From NCBI GenBank assembly GCA_041746255.1, contig JBGTHM010000005.1:64001-128000 (forward strand): a stretch of 64,000 nt of DNA, read 5' to 3'. The notes beneath the pieces were generated by a model, which was not told where the DNA came from, did not search any database, and worked only from the letters and a program-made list of their open reading frames with translations. Below, piece by piece: positions 38,087-48,773 of the stretch. The stretch comes from Fibrobacteria bacterium (GTDB lineage Bacteria > Fibrobacterota > Fibrobacteria > UBA11236). The position numbers and the translations under genes were made by a program. Every line of letters starts with the position of its first letter. Position 1 is the stretch's first letter.

Positions 38087-39283
38087 ATGCTCGCATTCCC
38101 CGATGATTTTGGCCGATATGGCCCCTATGGCGGTAAATACGCCCCCGAGATCTTAATGCCCGCTCTGGAAGAGTTAGAAGCCCGTTATTCGACCCTGAAA
38201 GACAACCCGGATTTTCAAAAAGAGCTTGCCGGCCATCTTAAAGACTTTGTGGGACGGCCTTCCCCGCTTTATTTCGCCGAACGTCTTACCGCGCATTGCG
38301 GAGGCGCCCGTATCTACCTGAAACGGGAAGATTTGAACCATACCGGCGCGCATAAAATCAATAATTCGTTGGCCCAGGTATTGATTGCCCGGGAAATGGG
38401 GAAAAAACGGATTATCGCCGAAACCGGCGCCGGTCAGCATGGCGTGGCCACCGCCACCGCTGCCGCCAAATTCGACATGGAGTGCGTAGTCTATATGGGC
38501 CGGGTCGACATGGAACGGCAAGCGCCCAATGTCGACCGGATGCGCCTTTTAGGCACCCGGGTCGAACCCGTTGATTCGGGTAGCCGCACCCTGAAAGACG
38601 CAATTAATGAGGCCATTCGGGATTGGGTGACGAATATCGAAACCACCCACTACGTTTTCGGCTCTGTACTGGGGCCCCACCCCTATCCCATGATTGTCCG
38701 AGACTTTCAAAAAGTGATCGGCGAGGAATGTGAAGTACAAATCCTGGAAAAAGAGGGCCGCCTTCCCGACTACTTACTGGCTTGCGTAGGCGGAGGCAGC
38801 AATGCCATGGGATTGTTTTACAACTTTTTAGACAAACCTTCGGTTAAAATGCGAGGCATCGAGGCCGGCGGTGAAGGCATTGCCGGCGGGAAACACGCGG
38901 CCCGATTTTCCGGAGGAAGCCTGGGAATTCTGCATGGAACCAAAAGCTATGTCCTGCAAACTCCCCAAGGTCAAATCGCCGAAACCCATTCCATTTCGGC
39001 GGGCCTCGACTATCCCTCCATCGGACCTGAGCACGCCTACTACCACGACAGCGGGCGTATCGAATACACCTTTTGCGAGGACCAAGCAGCTTTAAACGCC
39101 TTTCAGACCCTTTGCCGGTTGGAAGGAATCATTCCGGCATTGGAGAGCTCGCATGCGGTGGCGGAAGCGCTCAAGCTCGCCCCCACCCTATCTCCCGATA
39201 AAATCATCGTCGTCAACCTATCCGGTCGCGGCGACAAGGATTTGCAGTCGGTACTGCAACTCCTGCTTCCCAAAGGCAAATAA
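38087..39283 (+). CDS. trpB: Tryptophan synthase beta chain
   Basis: [44 protein letters not shown]. Confidence 0.98.
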   Translation: MLAFPDDFGRYGPYGGKYAPEILMPALEELEARYSTLKDNPDFQKELAGHLKDFVGRPSPLYFAERLTAHCGGARIYLKREDLNHTGAHKINNSLAQVLIAREMGKKRIIAETGAGQHGVATATAAAKFDMECVVYMGRVDMERQAPNVDRMRLLGTRVEPVDSGSRTLKDAINEAIRDWVTNIETTHYVFGSVLGPHPYPMIVRDFQKVIGEECEVQILEKEGRLPDYLLACVGGGSNAMGLFYNFLDKPSVKMRGIEAGGEGIAGGKHAARFSGGSLGILHGTKSYVLQTPQGQIAETHSISAGLDYPSIGPEHAYYHDSGRIEYTFCEDQAALNAFQTLCRLEGIIPALESSHAVAEALKLAPTLSPDKIIVVNLSGRGDKDLQSVLQLLLPKGK

Positions 39284-39284
39284 G

Positions 39285-40091
39285 GTGGAAAAAATCTCAT
39301 CCACCTTTGCGAAGCTTGCCGAAAAGGGCCACCGTGCCTTTATCCCCTATCTTGCCGCAGGCGTTCCCGGAGTGGAGGAAACCGTGGAATTGGTATTGGG
39401 GCTGGAAGCCTGGGGAGCCGACATCATCGAATTGGGCTACCCCTTTTCGGACCCCATGGCCGATGGAGTCGTCAATCAGGCCGCCGCCAACCTGGCGCTG
39501 AAAAAAGGCGTCGATGTCGAGGTGTATTTCACCATAATCGAAAAAATCAGGAAACATTCCCGGATACCCCTGGTTGTTTTCTCCTACCTGAATCCCATTC
39601 ATAAAATCGGATTCGAGACCTTTATCACCCGAGCAGCGTCTCTCGATGTCGATGGCCTGTTATTGGTGGACATGCCGGTGGAAGAATCGGCGGAAGTGCA
39701 CTCGTTGTGCGCGCGCATGGGACTCGTCAACATCTATTTGCTCGCGCCCACCACCACTCCCGAGCGGCGCGAACGCGTGCTTAAGAATTCCGGCGGCTTC
39801 GTATATTATGTCTCGCGCACGGGCATAACCGGGGAGCAACAGGATTTCCAGGAATCTTTCGCGGAAAAATTAGGCGTTGTCAAAAAAGCATCGCAATTGC
39901 CGATTGCCGTAGGGTTCGGAATTTCCACGCCGGAACAGGTACGCACCGTATGCGGGCTGGCCGACGGCGTCGTGGTCGGCAGCGCCTTGGTACGCCGCAC
40001 CATGGAAGACAAGCCTTTCAAAACCTTGATGCGTGAAATGGAAGCTTTCGCAAAACCGCTAATCGCACCTACGAAAGAATCATGGAATTAG
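39285..40091 (+). CDS. trpA: Tryptophan synthase alpha chain
   Basis: IELGYPFSDPMADG, YLNP, YVSRTGITG, VGFGIS; GTG 1 nt after the trpB stop. Confidence 0.95.
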   Translation: MEKISSTFAKLAEKGHRAFIPYLAAGVPGVEETVELVLGLEAWGADIIELGYPFSDPMADGVVNQAAANLALKKGVDVEVYFTIIEKIRKHSRIPLVVFSYLNPIHKIGFETFITRAASLDVDGLLLVDMPVEESAEVHSLCARMGLVNIYLLAPTTTPERRERVLKNSGGFVYYVSRTGITGEQQDFQESFAEKLGVVKKASQLPIAVGFGISTPEQVRTVCGLADGVVVGSALVRRTMEDKPFKTLMREMEAFAKPLIAPTKESWN

Positions 40092-40342
40092 AAAACTGGC
40101 GCGGCCAAATCGATGAATTGAATCTCAAGTTGCTCAAAGCCTTGAACGACCGCGCCCGTTGCGCTTTGGAAATCGCGAAGGTGAAAAAACGGGAAATGCT
40201 GCCCGTATACGATCCCTCCCGCGAAAAAAAGATTTTTGAAAATATCCTCGCGCATAATACCGGCCCGCTTTCCAATGAATCCGTGCAAAGAATTTTCGCC
40301 TGCATCATTGAGGAACATCGGCGTATGCAAGAATCCGCATGA
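40082..40342 (+). CDS. Monofunctional chorismate mutase (AroQ type)
   Basis: WRGQID...LNDR...IAKVK...YDPSRE. Confidence 0.9.
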   Translation: MELENWRGQIDELNLKLLKALNDRARCALEIAKVKKREMLPVYDPSREKKIFENILAHNTGPLSNESVQRIFACIIEEHRRMQESA

Positions 40343-41508
40343 GCGTAAATCCACCCTTTGAAAACATAGCCCTGGTGGGACTCGGTCTGCTCGGTGGTTC
40401 GCTTGCCGAGGCCGTGCGGCGCCAATGGCCCGACGTAAAAATTTCCGGAATATCCTCTTCGGCCGCTTTGGCCCGCGCCCAAAAAGCCGGCCTCATCGAC
40501 TTTGCCGCCGAATACAGCCAAATCAACGAGGTTTGCGAAAAAGCTGATTTGATATTGCTCTGCACGCCTATCCATAGCATTTTGCAACAGTTGAAAACTT
40601 GGAAAAAAAGCCCTCCGAAATTCGGCCCAAAGTGTGTCGTATCCGACGTGGGTAGCACCAAGGTCGCCATTTGTGCCGCGGGCCGCGAGGCATTTCCCGC
40701 TTCGGCGCAAGGTCCCTGTTTCATTGGCTCGCACCCCATGGCAGGCAGCGAGAGAACCGGCTTGGAAGCCCGCGACCCGCATTTGTTTGAGAATGCCTCC
40801 TGGGTGATCTGTCCGGACGCGCAAACCCCCGCCGACACGGTCAACCGGTATCAGAACTTTCTGGAAGGGCTCGGCGCTCGCACCACTTTGTTGGATCCCG
40901 ATTTGCATGATGCCGTCGCCGCCCATGTCTCCCATCTCCCCCAATTGATATCCACCGCCTTGGCCAGCTTCGTGAGCGGACGCGAAGGCGTGGTGGAGCA
41001 TTGTCTTAAAATAGCGGGCGGGGGATTTCGTGACATGACCCGCATCGCGGCTTCTTCCTATTCCATTTGGGAACCCATCCTGCGCACCAACCGCAAATCG
41101 GTGTCAGAGTCACTGGAAGCCTATATTACGCACCTAAGCGCTCTGGGCAACGCATTGCACCCGCCCGCGAAATCCCATGACAATGAAGAAAAAACGACGG
41201 TGGCCATCCCGGATCCGGCGGAATTTTTCCAGCGGGGCGGCGAATTGCGGAAAAACCTATCGACTTTGAAAAAAGGCTTCAGCACGCCGTTGGCCGAGAT
41301 TTTGGTGGATTTACGCGATCAACCGGGTATGTTGCTTTCCGCGCTGACTCCTTTGGCCGCCAAATCGATCAATGTACTCGACCTCGAAATCCTTAAAGTG
41401 CGCGAAGGCGAGGACGGAAGCCTGATGATGGCCTTCAAAAAAACCTCCGAAGCCGAAGCGGCGGTGCAACTACTCATAGAGAACGGCTTCAAGGCGCGCC
41501 TGCGTTGA
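40339..41508 (+). CDS. tyrA: Prephenate/arogenate dehydrogenase with C-terminal ACT domain
   Basis: GLGLLGGS, DVGSTK, HPMAGSE, HD..AAHVSHLPQ, GFRDMTRIA; DQPG ACT motif. Confidence 0.9.
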   Translation: MSVNPPFENIALVGLGLLGGSLAEAVRRQWPDVKISGISSSAALARAQKAGLIDFAAEYSQINEVCEKADLILLCTPIHSILQQLKTWKKSPPKFGPKCVVSDVGSTKVAICAAGREAFPASAQGPCFIGSHPMAGSERTGLEARDPHLFENASWVICPDAQTPADTVNRYQNFLEGLGARTTLLDPDLHDAVAAHVSHLPQLISTALASFVSGREGVVEHCLKIAGGGFRDMTRIAASSYSIWEPILRTNRKSVSESLEAYITHLSALGNALHPPAKSHDNEEKTTVAIPDPAEFFQRGGELRKNLSTLKKGFSTPLAEILVDLRDQPGMLLSALTPLAAKSINVLDLEILKVREGEDGSLMMAFKKTSEAEAAVQLLIENGFKARLR

Positions 41509-42968
41509 GCAAAGCCAGTCCGCAACAGAATATGGAGACGACTCTGGCCATACCGGAAACCTTGGAACTCAAACGCTGTAAGAAACTGCGGGGGACGCTC
41601 ATTCTGTCTGGTGACCCTGGAATCGCCTCCCATGCCCTTTTATTGGCGGCATTGGCGCCGGGCGTAACGCGCATCGAAAACCTACCGGACGAAGAGGGTA
41701 CCCAGGCGCTTTTGGCGCACCTCGAAACCATGGGTTGTTCGGTGGATTGGGAAGACGGGCATTTGCTGCTTACGGGCGGAACGCAGCGGCTGCAGGACTG
41801 GAGCGAACCCTTTTCACCCCGGCATGAAACGGATTTATTGGGTCTGCTCGGAATTACCGCGGGACTCGGGCTGGCCGGGCCGGTACGGGTGGACTTGCAT
41901 CGCATTCCCGGGGAGGTCGTGGACAATAGCCTGCGCTTGCTCCAGCTTGGCTTCATCCCAATCGACGAGGGCGAGCAAATCGAGTCTTCCCAACCCTTCC
42001 GCATTCTGGAAGCCGCGAGCTTGCGGGAAAACCTCGCCGCTCAATTGCCGGGCCCGGTGCAGGCCGAGCGATTGCACTTGGAAGAACATACGGCCAAAAC
42101 CATTCTGCTTTACCACCAGGTAGCCGCGGGCAAAGGTCTGCATTTGCAATTGCGGAAAAGCGGGATCGATCATCTTGAGAATCTGCTTTTGCAATTTCAG
42201 GCGCCCCTCGTCGTTCAAAAACATGAGGCCCGTGAAATGGACGAGCTTGCGCGCCGCATCGCACGGCAAATGCGTGGGTCCGATAAACCCGAAAACCCCT
42301 ATCAAATACGCTTGGCTTCGCAGGCAGATTCTCAACCCGCCTTACAACCGCCTTTTTTGCGGCTTCCCGGCGATGTTACCCTGGGATCCCTCTATCTCCT
42401 GGCGGCCACCTTGGTAAACGGATCCGATCTGGTCCTGGATAACTTCGGCCTCAATTCCGGACGCATGGGGTTTCTCCAAGCGCTGAAACGCATGGGTGCC
42501 GATATCGAGATAGTCTCCCGTCGCGAGAAATTCGGTGAAACCTTTGGGCAAGTCCGGGTTCGCACCGCCGAGCTCATGGGAAAGCGCTTCGGCAGGGAAA
42601 ATCTCGAAGGCATGCGCGATGAGATACCCCTCCTCATTATGGCCGCGGCTTTCGCGGAAGGTGAAACCATACTCCGCGACATCGGATTTATGCGAACCTA
42701 CGGCAACGACCTCTTGAAATCCATGATTAATTCCCTCAAATCGGTAGGCGTGGAAATCGGGGAAGTCGAAGACGGGCTGGTGGTCCGGGGCAAAACCGAG
42801 TACGACGGAGGAACCTTCCAGGCATTTGGGCATCCGGTGCTGGGCGCGGCTTATTACCTTTTAGGCATGAAATCGCATGGCATCACGGAAGTACGGGGCA
42901 TTGAAGGAATAAAGGCCAGATTCCCCGGATTTCTGGAAGAATTGGGCCGGCTCACGGAGCCGACGTGA
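41505..42968 (+). CDS. EPSP synthase (AroA)-fold protein with degenerate active site
   Basis: Scaffold motifs kept (G.TRIEN, PGD, LKRMGADI, DEIP, AEGET, DGL.V.G, FPGF); substrate-binding motifs lost. Start TTG 41505 or ATG 41532. Confidence 0.8.
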   Translation: MSKASPQQNMETTLAIPETLELKRCKKLRGTLILSGDPGIASHALLLAALAPGVTRIENLPDEEGTQALLAHLETMGCSVDWEDGHLLLTGGTQRLQDWSEPFSPRHETDLLGLLGITAGLGLAGPVRVDLHRIPGEVVDNSLRLLQLGFIPIDEGEQIESSQPFRILEAASLRENLAAQLPGPVQAERLHLEEHTAKTILLYHQVAAGKGLHLQLRKSGIDHLENLLLQFQAPLVVQKHEAREMDELARRIARQMRGSDKPENPYQIRLASQADSQPALQPPFLRLPGDVTLGSLYLLAATLVNGSDLVLDNFGLNSGRMGFLQALKRMGADIEIVSRREKFGETFGQVRVRTAELMGKRFGRENLEGMRDEIPLLIMAAAFAEGETILRDIGFMRTYGNDLLKSMINSLKSVGVEIGEVEDGLVVRGKTEYDGGTFQAFGHPVLGAAYYLLGMKSHGITEVRGIEGIKARFPGFLEELGRLTEPT

Positions 42969-43963
42969 AAAAGGGCCCCAGCCGTCTCTCCCATAGTACC
43001 CGAAAGAAGAAAAATCCTAATCAGGGCCGCTCCGCACTTGAGCTGGGTCCATTGGCGTTGGACCCTCATGTTACGCCTCCGCAACGCGACATTCACACCA
43101 TCGGCGTGGTGGCCTTTAACGGCGCCGGCTCTTCGGTGCTTGATGGATTGCATAAATGGTCCAAGCAAAATCCGGAAACCGCGCTGGTACTCAATCGCCG
43201 CCTGGCATCCCAGGGCGGTAAACTTTTTCCGGTGCGCTCCGACGCCTTTTTGAGATCGCGTACCGACCTCCTGCTATCGCTGGGCGGGGACGGCACCTTT
43301 CTTTCGGCCGCGCGCCTGGTCCGGGGAACCGGCGTGCCCATTTTGGGAGTGAACCTGGGTAAAGTCGGCTTTTTGGCCGACGTCCCGCCGGAAAACCTGG
43401 CCCGCATCCTCGACGAAATATTACGGCGCGAATACAGCTTGCGACACCGCATGATGTTGCAAGTGGAGGTTTACGAGGGCGACAAGAAAGTGAACGAGGA
43501 TTTGGCCCTGAACGACGTGGCCTTCGCGGGCCGCATGGGCTTCCAGATGGTAAACCTGCGTGTATCGGCCCATGGCCAATTTCTTACCGAATATTACGTG
43601 GACGGCCTCTTGGTATCCACTCCCACGGGTTCTACGGCCTACGCTTTATCCGCGGGAGGCCCCATCATCCATCCATCGGTACACTCCATCCTGTTAACGC
43701 CGCTCAGCCCCTCCTCCCTTTCGGTTCGGCCCCTGGTCCTGCCGGATTACCATGTCATCACCGTGGAAGCGGATATGGATAGGAAACAGGAAGTGAATCT
43801 GGTCATCGACGGGCGCACCAATATCCCCCTCAAAAAGAATCAAACGGTGGTACTGCGAAAAAGTGAAGTGGGCACTTGCATCTTGCGGCCCAAGTCTTCT
43901 TCGTATTTCGAATCGCTCCGCGGCAAGCTGGGATGGAGCGGAAGCGCCTTGCGCAAAGGATAA
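42965..43963 (+). CDS. nadK: NAD kinase
   Basis: GGDGTFL, GVNLGKVGFL, DG..VSTPTGSTAYALSAGG. Confidence 0.95.
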   Translation: MKKGPSRLSHSTRKKKNPNQGRSALELGPLALDPHVTPPQRDIHTIGVVAFNGAGSSVLDGLHKWSKQNPETALVLNRRLASQGGKLFPVRSDAFLRSRTDLLLSLGGDGTFLSAARLVRGTGVPILGVNLGKVGFLADVPPENLARILDEILRREYSLRHRMMLQVEVYEGDKKVNEDLALNDVAFAGRMGFQMVNLRVSAHGQFLTEYYVDGLLVSTPTGSTAYALSAGGPIIHPSVHSILLTPLSPSSLSVRPLVLPDYHVITVEADMDRKQEVNLVIDGRTNIPLKKNQTVVLRKSEVGTCILRPKSSSYFESLRGKLGWSGSALRKG

Positions 43964-43968
43964 CGCCC

Positions 43969-45645
43969 ATGTTGCGTGAACTTAAAATCGAAAATCTGGT
44001 CATCATTGACTCCGCCGCGCTCAAGTGGAAAGACGGTTTCACAGCGATAACCGGAGAAACCGGCGCGGGAAAGTCCGTGCTCATGAACGCGCTGAAATTC
44101 ATTCTCGGCGGCAAGGTCAAACCGGATATTATCCGCCGGGGCGAAGACAAACTGCGCGTGGAGGCGGTATTCGACATGCCCGCATCCCGCGCCTTCCTCG
44201 AAATATTGACTTCCCTCGAATTGGATGCCGAAGTCGATGAAATCCTTCTGCAGCGTGAATTGACCGCTGCGGGCCGCAATCGCTGCCGCGTGAATGGAAC
44301 CGTGGTCACGCTCTCGGACCTTGAGTTGCTGGGATCGCGACTGGTTGATTTGCATGGCCAGCATCAACAACAATCCCTCTTCGACTCGCGTACGCATCTG
44401 GAATTTCTCGACTCCTTCGCCAAGCTCGAAGGCGAGCGCGAAGTCTACTCCCGGCTCTTCCGGGAGTGGAAGGAAATGGCTCGCCGTATCGAGGAAAGAC
44501 GCGAGGAATCGCGACGCATCCAGGAACAATTCGATTTTCTGCAGTTCCAACACAAGGAATTGGAGAAAGCCCGGCTCACCCCCGATATGGAAGAAAAGGC
44601 CGAAGAGGAATTGCGGGTACAATCGGGACTGGAAAAAATCAGCGGGGTGATCCAGGGCGCGTTGTCCATGCTGGACGGCGAAGAGGGCGACATGCGTGCC
44701 CGCCTTTCGCGCCTGCAAAAGGAACTTTCCGTCCTGGACAAATTCATGACCCAGCATCCTTTTCAGACCTATGGCGAGAAACTGGAAACCGCCCGGCAAA
44801 CCCTTTTGGACCTGGCGGCCGATTTACGGAGTTACGCCCTTCCCCAATCGGTGGATTCGGCGCGCATCGATCAACTCAACACCCGGCTGGCACTGCTTCA
44901 GAAATTGAAGGCCAAATACCATTCCGACCTGGCCGGGCTCATCGAGCTACGCGATCGTCGCGAACGTGAGTTACGGGACTTCACCAACTCACAAGCCGAT
45001 ATCGAGATGCTGGAAGCGGAGGCGCTTGAAAAGGCGGAACGCCTCAAATCTCTCGCCCAGAACCTGAGCAAGGAGCGCTTGCGTGCCAGCGCCGCCTTCG
45101 ACAGCGAGGTAAACTCGCGCCTTGCCAATTTGGGCATGGAGGGCAGCGAATTCACCACCCAAATCCTTCCTGTGGGTGAAGACGAAACCGGGTTCTCCTC
45201 AACGGGAAAAGACAAGCTGGAATTCTTCCTGAAAGCCAATGCGGGCGAAGCCGCCAAACCCTTACGGCAAATCGCTTCCGGCGGAGAAATCTCCCGCATC
45301 ATGCTGGCCATCAAAACGGCTTTGGCGGCCGGAGACCCGCGACCCTTACTGGTTTTCGACGAATTGGACACCGGTATCGGCGGAGTTACGGCCAACCGCG
45401 TGGGGCAGACCTTGCGGGAATTGGCGAAACATCACCAGGTATTCGTGATCACCCACCTGCATCAAGTGGCGGCCCAAGCCCAGCAGCAGCAGCGCGTGGT
45501 CAAGGAAATGCAGGGCGGCCGGACCGTGACGCGGGTGTTGCCTCTGAACGAAAAGGACCGCATAGGAGAGCTGGCGCGGATGATGGGCGACGAATCTTCG
45601 CGCGCCACCCGTCGCCATGCGGAAGAGATTCTTGCGCAGGAATGA
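43969..45645 (+). CDS. recN: DNA repair protein RecN
   Basis: TGETGAGKS, LHGQH, ASGGEISR, FDELDTGIGG, ITHLHQVAA. Confidence 0.95.
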   Translation: MLRELKIENLVIIDSAALKWKDGFTAITGETGAGKSVLMNALKFILGGKVKPDIIRRGEDKLRVEAVFDMPASRAFLEILTSLELDAEVDEILLQRELTAAGRNRCRVNGTVVTLSDLELLGSRLVDLHGQHQQQSLFDSRTHLEFLDSFAKLEGEREVYSRLFREWKEMARRIEERREESRRIQEQFDFLQFQHKELEKARLTPDMEEKAEEELRVQSGLEKISGVIQGALSMLDGEEGDMRARLSRLQKELSVLDKFMTQHPFQTYGEKLETARQTLLDLAADLRSYALPQSVDSARIDQLNTRLALLQKLKAKYHSDLAGLIELRDRRERELRDFTNSQADIEMLEAEALEKAERLKSLAQNLSKERLRASAAFDSEVNSRLANLGMEGSEFTTQILPVGEDETGFSSTGKDKLEFFLKANAGEAAKPLRQIASGGEISRIMLAIKTALAAGDPRPLLVFDELDTGIGGVTANRVGQTLRELAKHHQVFVITHLHQVAAQAQQQQRVVKEMQGGRTVTRVLPLNEKDRIGELARMMGDESSRATRRHAEEILAQE

Positions 45646-45721
45646 TCTCGATAAATCCCCTCCCGCAGGCGCCGATCCCCTCGATTTAGGATCAACGGCG
45701 GGAATTACTTATAATTCCCGC

Positions 45722-46930
45722 ATGTCCAATCCGACCGGAAAAAGCGGATCTTCCCGCCATGGCCTTTCCCTGGGACCCGTGCGCATCGCAGGCCGCATCG
45801 GCGTCGGCATCCGAATCGCCATGTTCATCGGAACCCTTATCGCGCTGCTGCTCGATCGTAATCTTGTAGCCACCATCCTGCTGGGTATTTCCTTCGTAAT
45901 GGGAATATACACCTCCTTTCAACTGCGCCATCAGGATATCGAAAGACCTTTGGCGCTCTTCTGGTTGGGATTAGGGGAAAAAGCCCTCGCCAACCTCATT
46001 TTCCTGACTTTATTTCTGAGGCTTTTGTGGACACCCTCTGAAACTTTCCCCACCATGCTCGCCTCCGGACTCGCGGTAATCACCGTCCGCAATATTTTTT
46101 ACCTGGTATTTTCCACCCTGCTGCTGCGCGAAAAGCGCGAGCTCCCTCTCAACTCCCTTTGGGGCAAAGTCACCACTTTGTCCATGAACATCACCATGAT
46201 GTTGTATGTTTGGAACTCGGAGCATTATTCCCACATCATGATGGTGGTGAGCCTTTTACTCATGACTTCCACCTCGATAGGATACCTCTATTATTATTAT
46301 CGCGACGAAAGCGCTCGTAAGCCGGTTTCCGTGGCCACCCAGCTCACCCTCAGCCGTATCATACTCAGTCCCATTTTCATTTGGGTCTTTTTTTATGACA
46401 ACGATCTCATCTACCAGAACAACCACCTGGTTTTTAAAATCCTTGCCGCTTTACTCGCCATCTTCCTGGTCGTGAGCGACGGGCTCGACGGATACCTCGC
46501 CCGGAAAAGGGGAGAAGTCACCCTGCTGGGGAAATACCTGGACCCCTATTCGGACAAAGTATCCAACATGACCATCTTCCTATGTTTTTTGGCTTCAGGT
46601 TACGCCGCCGTGTGGATGGTGGCGGTCATTTTCTTCCGGGAATCGACGATTGAGACTCTGCGAACCCTGGCAGCCGCCGAAGGCGTGGTGGTGGACGCCC
46701 GTAAAAGCGGAAAATGGAAAACCGCCCTGCAAGGAACGGCCATCATCTCCATTCTGGTGCTGGAAATTGTGGATACCTTGCTGCTGCGGCACGTGGGACA
46801 TATTCCCTATTGGGATGGGATTTGGGATCAAACCCCTTATACGCTTATGTTTCTGGTTACCTTGGCAACGCTCCTATCAGGAGTGGATTATTTCGTCGCC
46901 AACAAACAGATTCTCAAGCGCCATTTTTAA
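45722..46930 (+). CDS. PgsA-like CDP-alcohol phosphatidyltransferase with N-terminal degenerate duplicate
   Basis: C-half has the full DGLDGYLAR...G..LDPYSDK motif; N-half aligns to it without the Asp motif. Confidence 0.8.
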   Translation: MSNPTGKSGSSRHGLSLGPVRIAGRIGVGIRIAMFIGTLIALLLDRNLVATILLGISFVMGIYTSFQLRHQDIERPLALFWLGLGEKALANLIFLTLFLRLLWTPSETFPTMLASGLAVITVRNIFYLVFSTLLLREKRELPLNSLWGKVTTLSMNITMMLYVWNSEHYSHIMMVVSLLLMTSTSIGYLYYYYRDESARKPVSVATQLTLSRIILSPIFIWVFFYDNDLIYQNNHLVFKILAALLAIFLVVSDGLDGYLARKRGEVTLLGKYLDPYSDKVSNMTIFLCFLASGYAAVWMVAVIFFRESTIETLRTLAAAEGVVVDARKSGKWKTALQGTAIISILVLEIVDTLLLRHVGHIPYWDGIWDQTPYTLMFLVTLATLLSGVDYFVANKQILKRHF

Positions 46931-46980
46931 CTCGGCTTTCAGCCCGGCGAAGCCAGCAGGGCTTGGGAGAGGCGCTCATC

Positions 46981-48735
46981 CTATAGCGATTGTTTGGCTT
47001 GAATGGAAAAGCTGGGCCCACCAAGGGCATCCTCTCCTAATGGCCATGCGAGATTGATATGATTGACCACTTTTTGCACTGACTTGCTGGCTCCTAATCG
47101 CAAGCCGAAACCCACGGAATAATGGAGTTCCTTTAAATCGAAATCGTTATGGGTGGGAAAGGTATTTCCGGCATTGGCGAAAACCGCGAGGGCCGGCACC
47201 ACGGTACCGAATTCGAAGTTGGGGAAAACGCGCTGTTCGGCCGCCACCAGAAATTGAGCTTGGCCGGCATAATATTCATTGGGAAATCCGTTAAGCCCCG
47301 TCGCTTCCCCCAAGAGAAATTGCTGGCTGGCGTCCCGCGCGAAATAGTTATTCCAATTGACGGAAAAAATACTGGCCAGCACGGATACAGGCTTCCATTG
47401 GTATCCGAAAGTGGCGGACGCTCGACCGTCGTTCACCTCCCCCGCGGGTGAAAGGAAATAGTTCATGGAAAAGCTGTTTCCGAGAAAATGTTGGTTGTTC
47501 CAGATGTTATTATAGACCAATTCATGCTTGAAATAAAAATCCGAATTGTCCGCGCCCAAAAAGCCCATGTTGCTACCGATGGCATTGGTTAGCCGCCATC
47601 CCACGCTTACGGATTCGTTCCATTTCAAATTGCGGTAGTTCCGGACGGTTTTATAGTCATATCGCAAGAGACTCAATTCCAATCCCGATACATAATTGGT
47701 TTTTTCGTTCACCCGGTATATCGATTCGGGAAACACGCCCAAATCCAACAGCGCCTGATTCTCCACGCGTATGGGGCCTACGTTATAGCGCTCCTGAAAA
47801 TCCAGAAAGAGGGATAAATTTATTTTCTGAGTTGAACCGAAAGAGCGGGTGGCCGAAAGAGCGCCGTTGTAAGTAGCCACCCTGTCGAACTGCAGGAGTC
47901 GTTGGCTTGACGATCCCAATTTCTTTTGCAAGCTGTCCGCCGCTCCATTTTGCCCGGACGGGTCCGAATAGGCATTCGCATCCCAGTAAACCCATTCCGA
48001 CGATTCCCTTCCGCCCGCGCTGGCGTTAAAGGCGTATTTCGCGCTGCGGGACTCCAGAGGCCGCGAAAGGGTGAGGTTGTAACTGAATCCGTCGCTCAGA
48101 TGCGCGGCGCTTGCGCCTAGACGAAGCTTGAAAGGGGTGAGGGCGTTATTGTTATAGTCCACCCAGCGCGTATCGCGGAACCGGTCGTGGCCCAGAAAGA
48201 ATCCCAGGCGTTGTCCCGTTCCAAGCAGGTTACTTTCAAGCAGGCCGAACCAATATTCCCATTCGCCATGCGAACGGCCCAGACTGACGCCGGGCGTGGT
48301 GCTCCACTGATCGAAAGTCGTGATTTTCACCTCCACGGATCCGTTCCCGCCAGGTTTGATTTCGGCGACCGCGTCCGCCAAAAATTCTTCCGAACGCAAA
48401 ACATGCTCCGCTTCCATCAAAATGCTTCTGGTAACGGTATCGCCTGCCGCGAAAATCAGGCGTCTCTCAATGGTGCCGCGACGCGATTCGATGTGTAACA
48501 TGTTACCCAAATTGAAAACCCACTGCTCTCCTTCCGTGTGAACCGCCGATCCCTCGAAGGCGTCCTTAATGTCGATATGGATCGAATCGGCACGCGCCGA
48601 AAAGGTATCGGGGAGATCCTTAGCGAGGATAAAACCCGGGCTACGGTTAAAGAGCCGCTCTTCGGAAGCATGGAAAGGGAGCGTGGTCAATGCGAACAGG
48701 CCTAGGGTGGCAAGAAACGTTTTATTCGGTATCAA
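46981..48735 (-). CDS. Omp85/BamA-TamA-family outer-membrane protein
   Basis: TTG 48735 with GGAAAGGA SD; POTRA-like segment, ESNLLGTGQ, LNGFP, AEQR, SVGFGLR. The ORF-track extension to 48873 runs into rnpB. Confidence 0.7.
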   Translation of the reverse strand: MIPNKTFLATLGLFALTTLPFHASEERLFNRSPGFILAKDLPDTFSARADSIHIDIKDAFEGSAVHTEGEQWVFNLGNMLHIESRRGTIERRLIFAAGDTVTRSILMEAEHVLRSEEFLADAVAEIKPGGNGSVEVKITTFDQWSTTPGVSLGRSHGEWEYWFGLLESNLLGTGQRLGFFLGHDRFRDTRWVDYNNNALTPFKLRLGASAAHLSDGFSYNLTLSRPLESRSAKYAFNASAGGRESSEWVYWDANAYSDPSGQNGAADSLQKKLGSSSQRLLQFDRVATYNGALSATRSFGSTQKINLSLFLDFQERYNVGPIRVENQALLDLGVFPESIYRVNEKTNYVSGLELSLLRYDYKTVRNYRNLKWNESVSVGWRLTNAIGSNMGFLGADNSDFYFKHELVYNNIWNNQHFLGNSFSMNYFLSPAGEVNDGRASATFGYQWKPVSVLASIFSVNWNNYFARDASQQFLLGEATGLNGFPNEYYAGQAQFLVAAEQRVFPNFEFGTVVPALAVFANAGNTFPTHNDFDLKELHYSVGFGLRLGASKSVQKVVNHINLAWPLGEDALGGPSFSIQAKQSL

Positions 48736-48773
48736 ATGGGGTTCCTTTCCACCGGCATTCAGGGACGGAAGAA

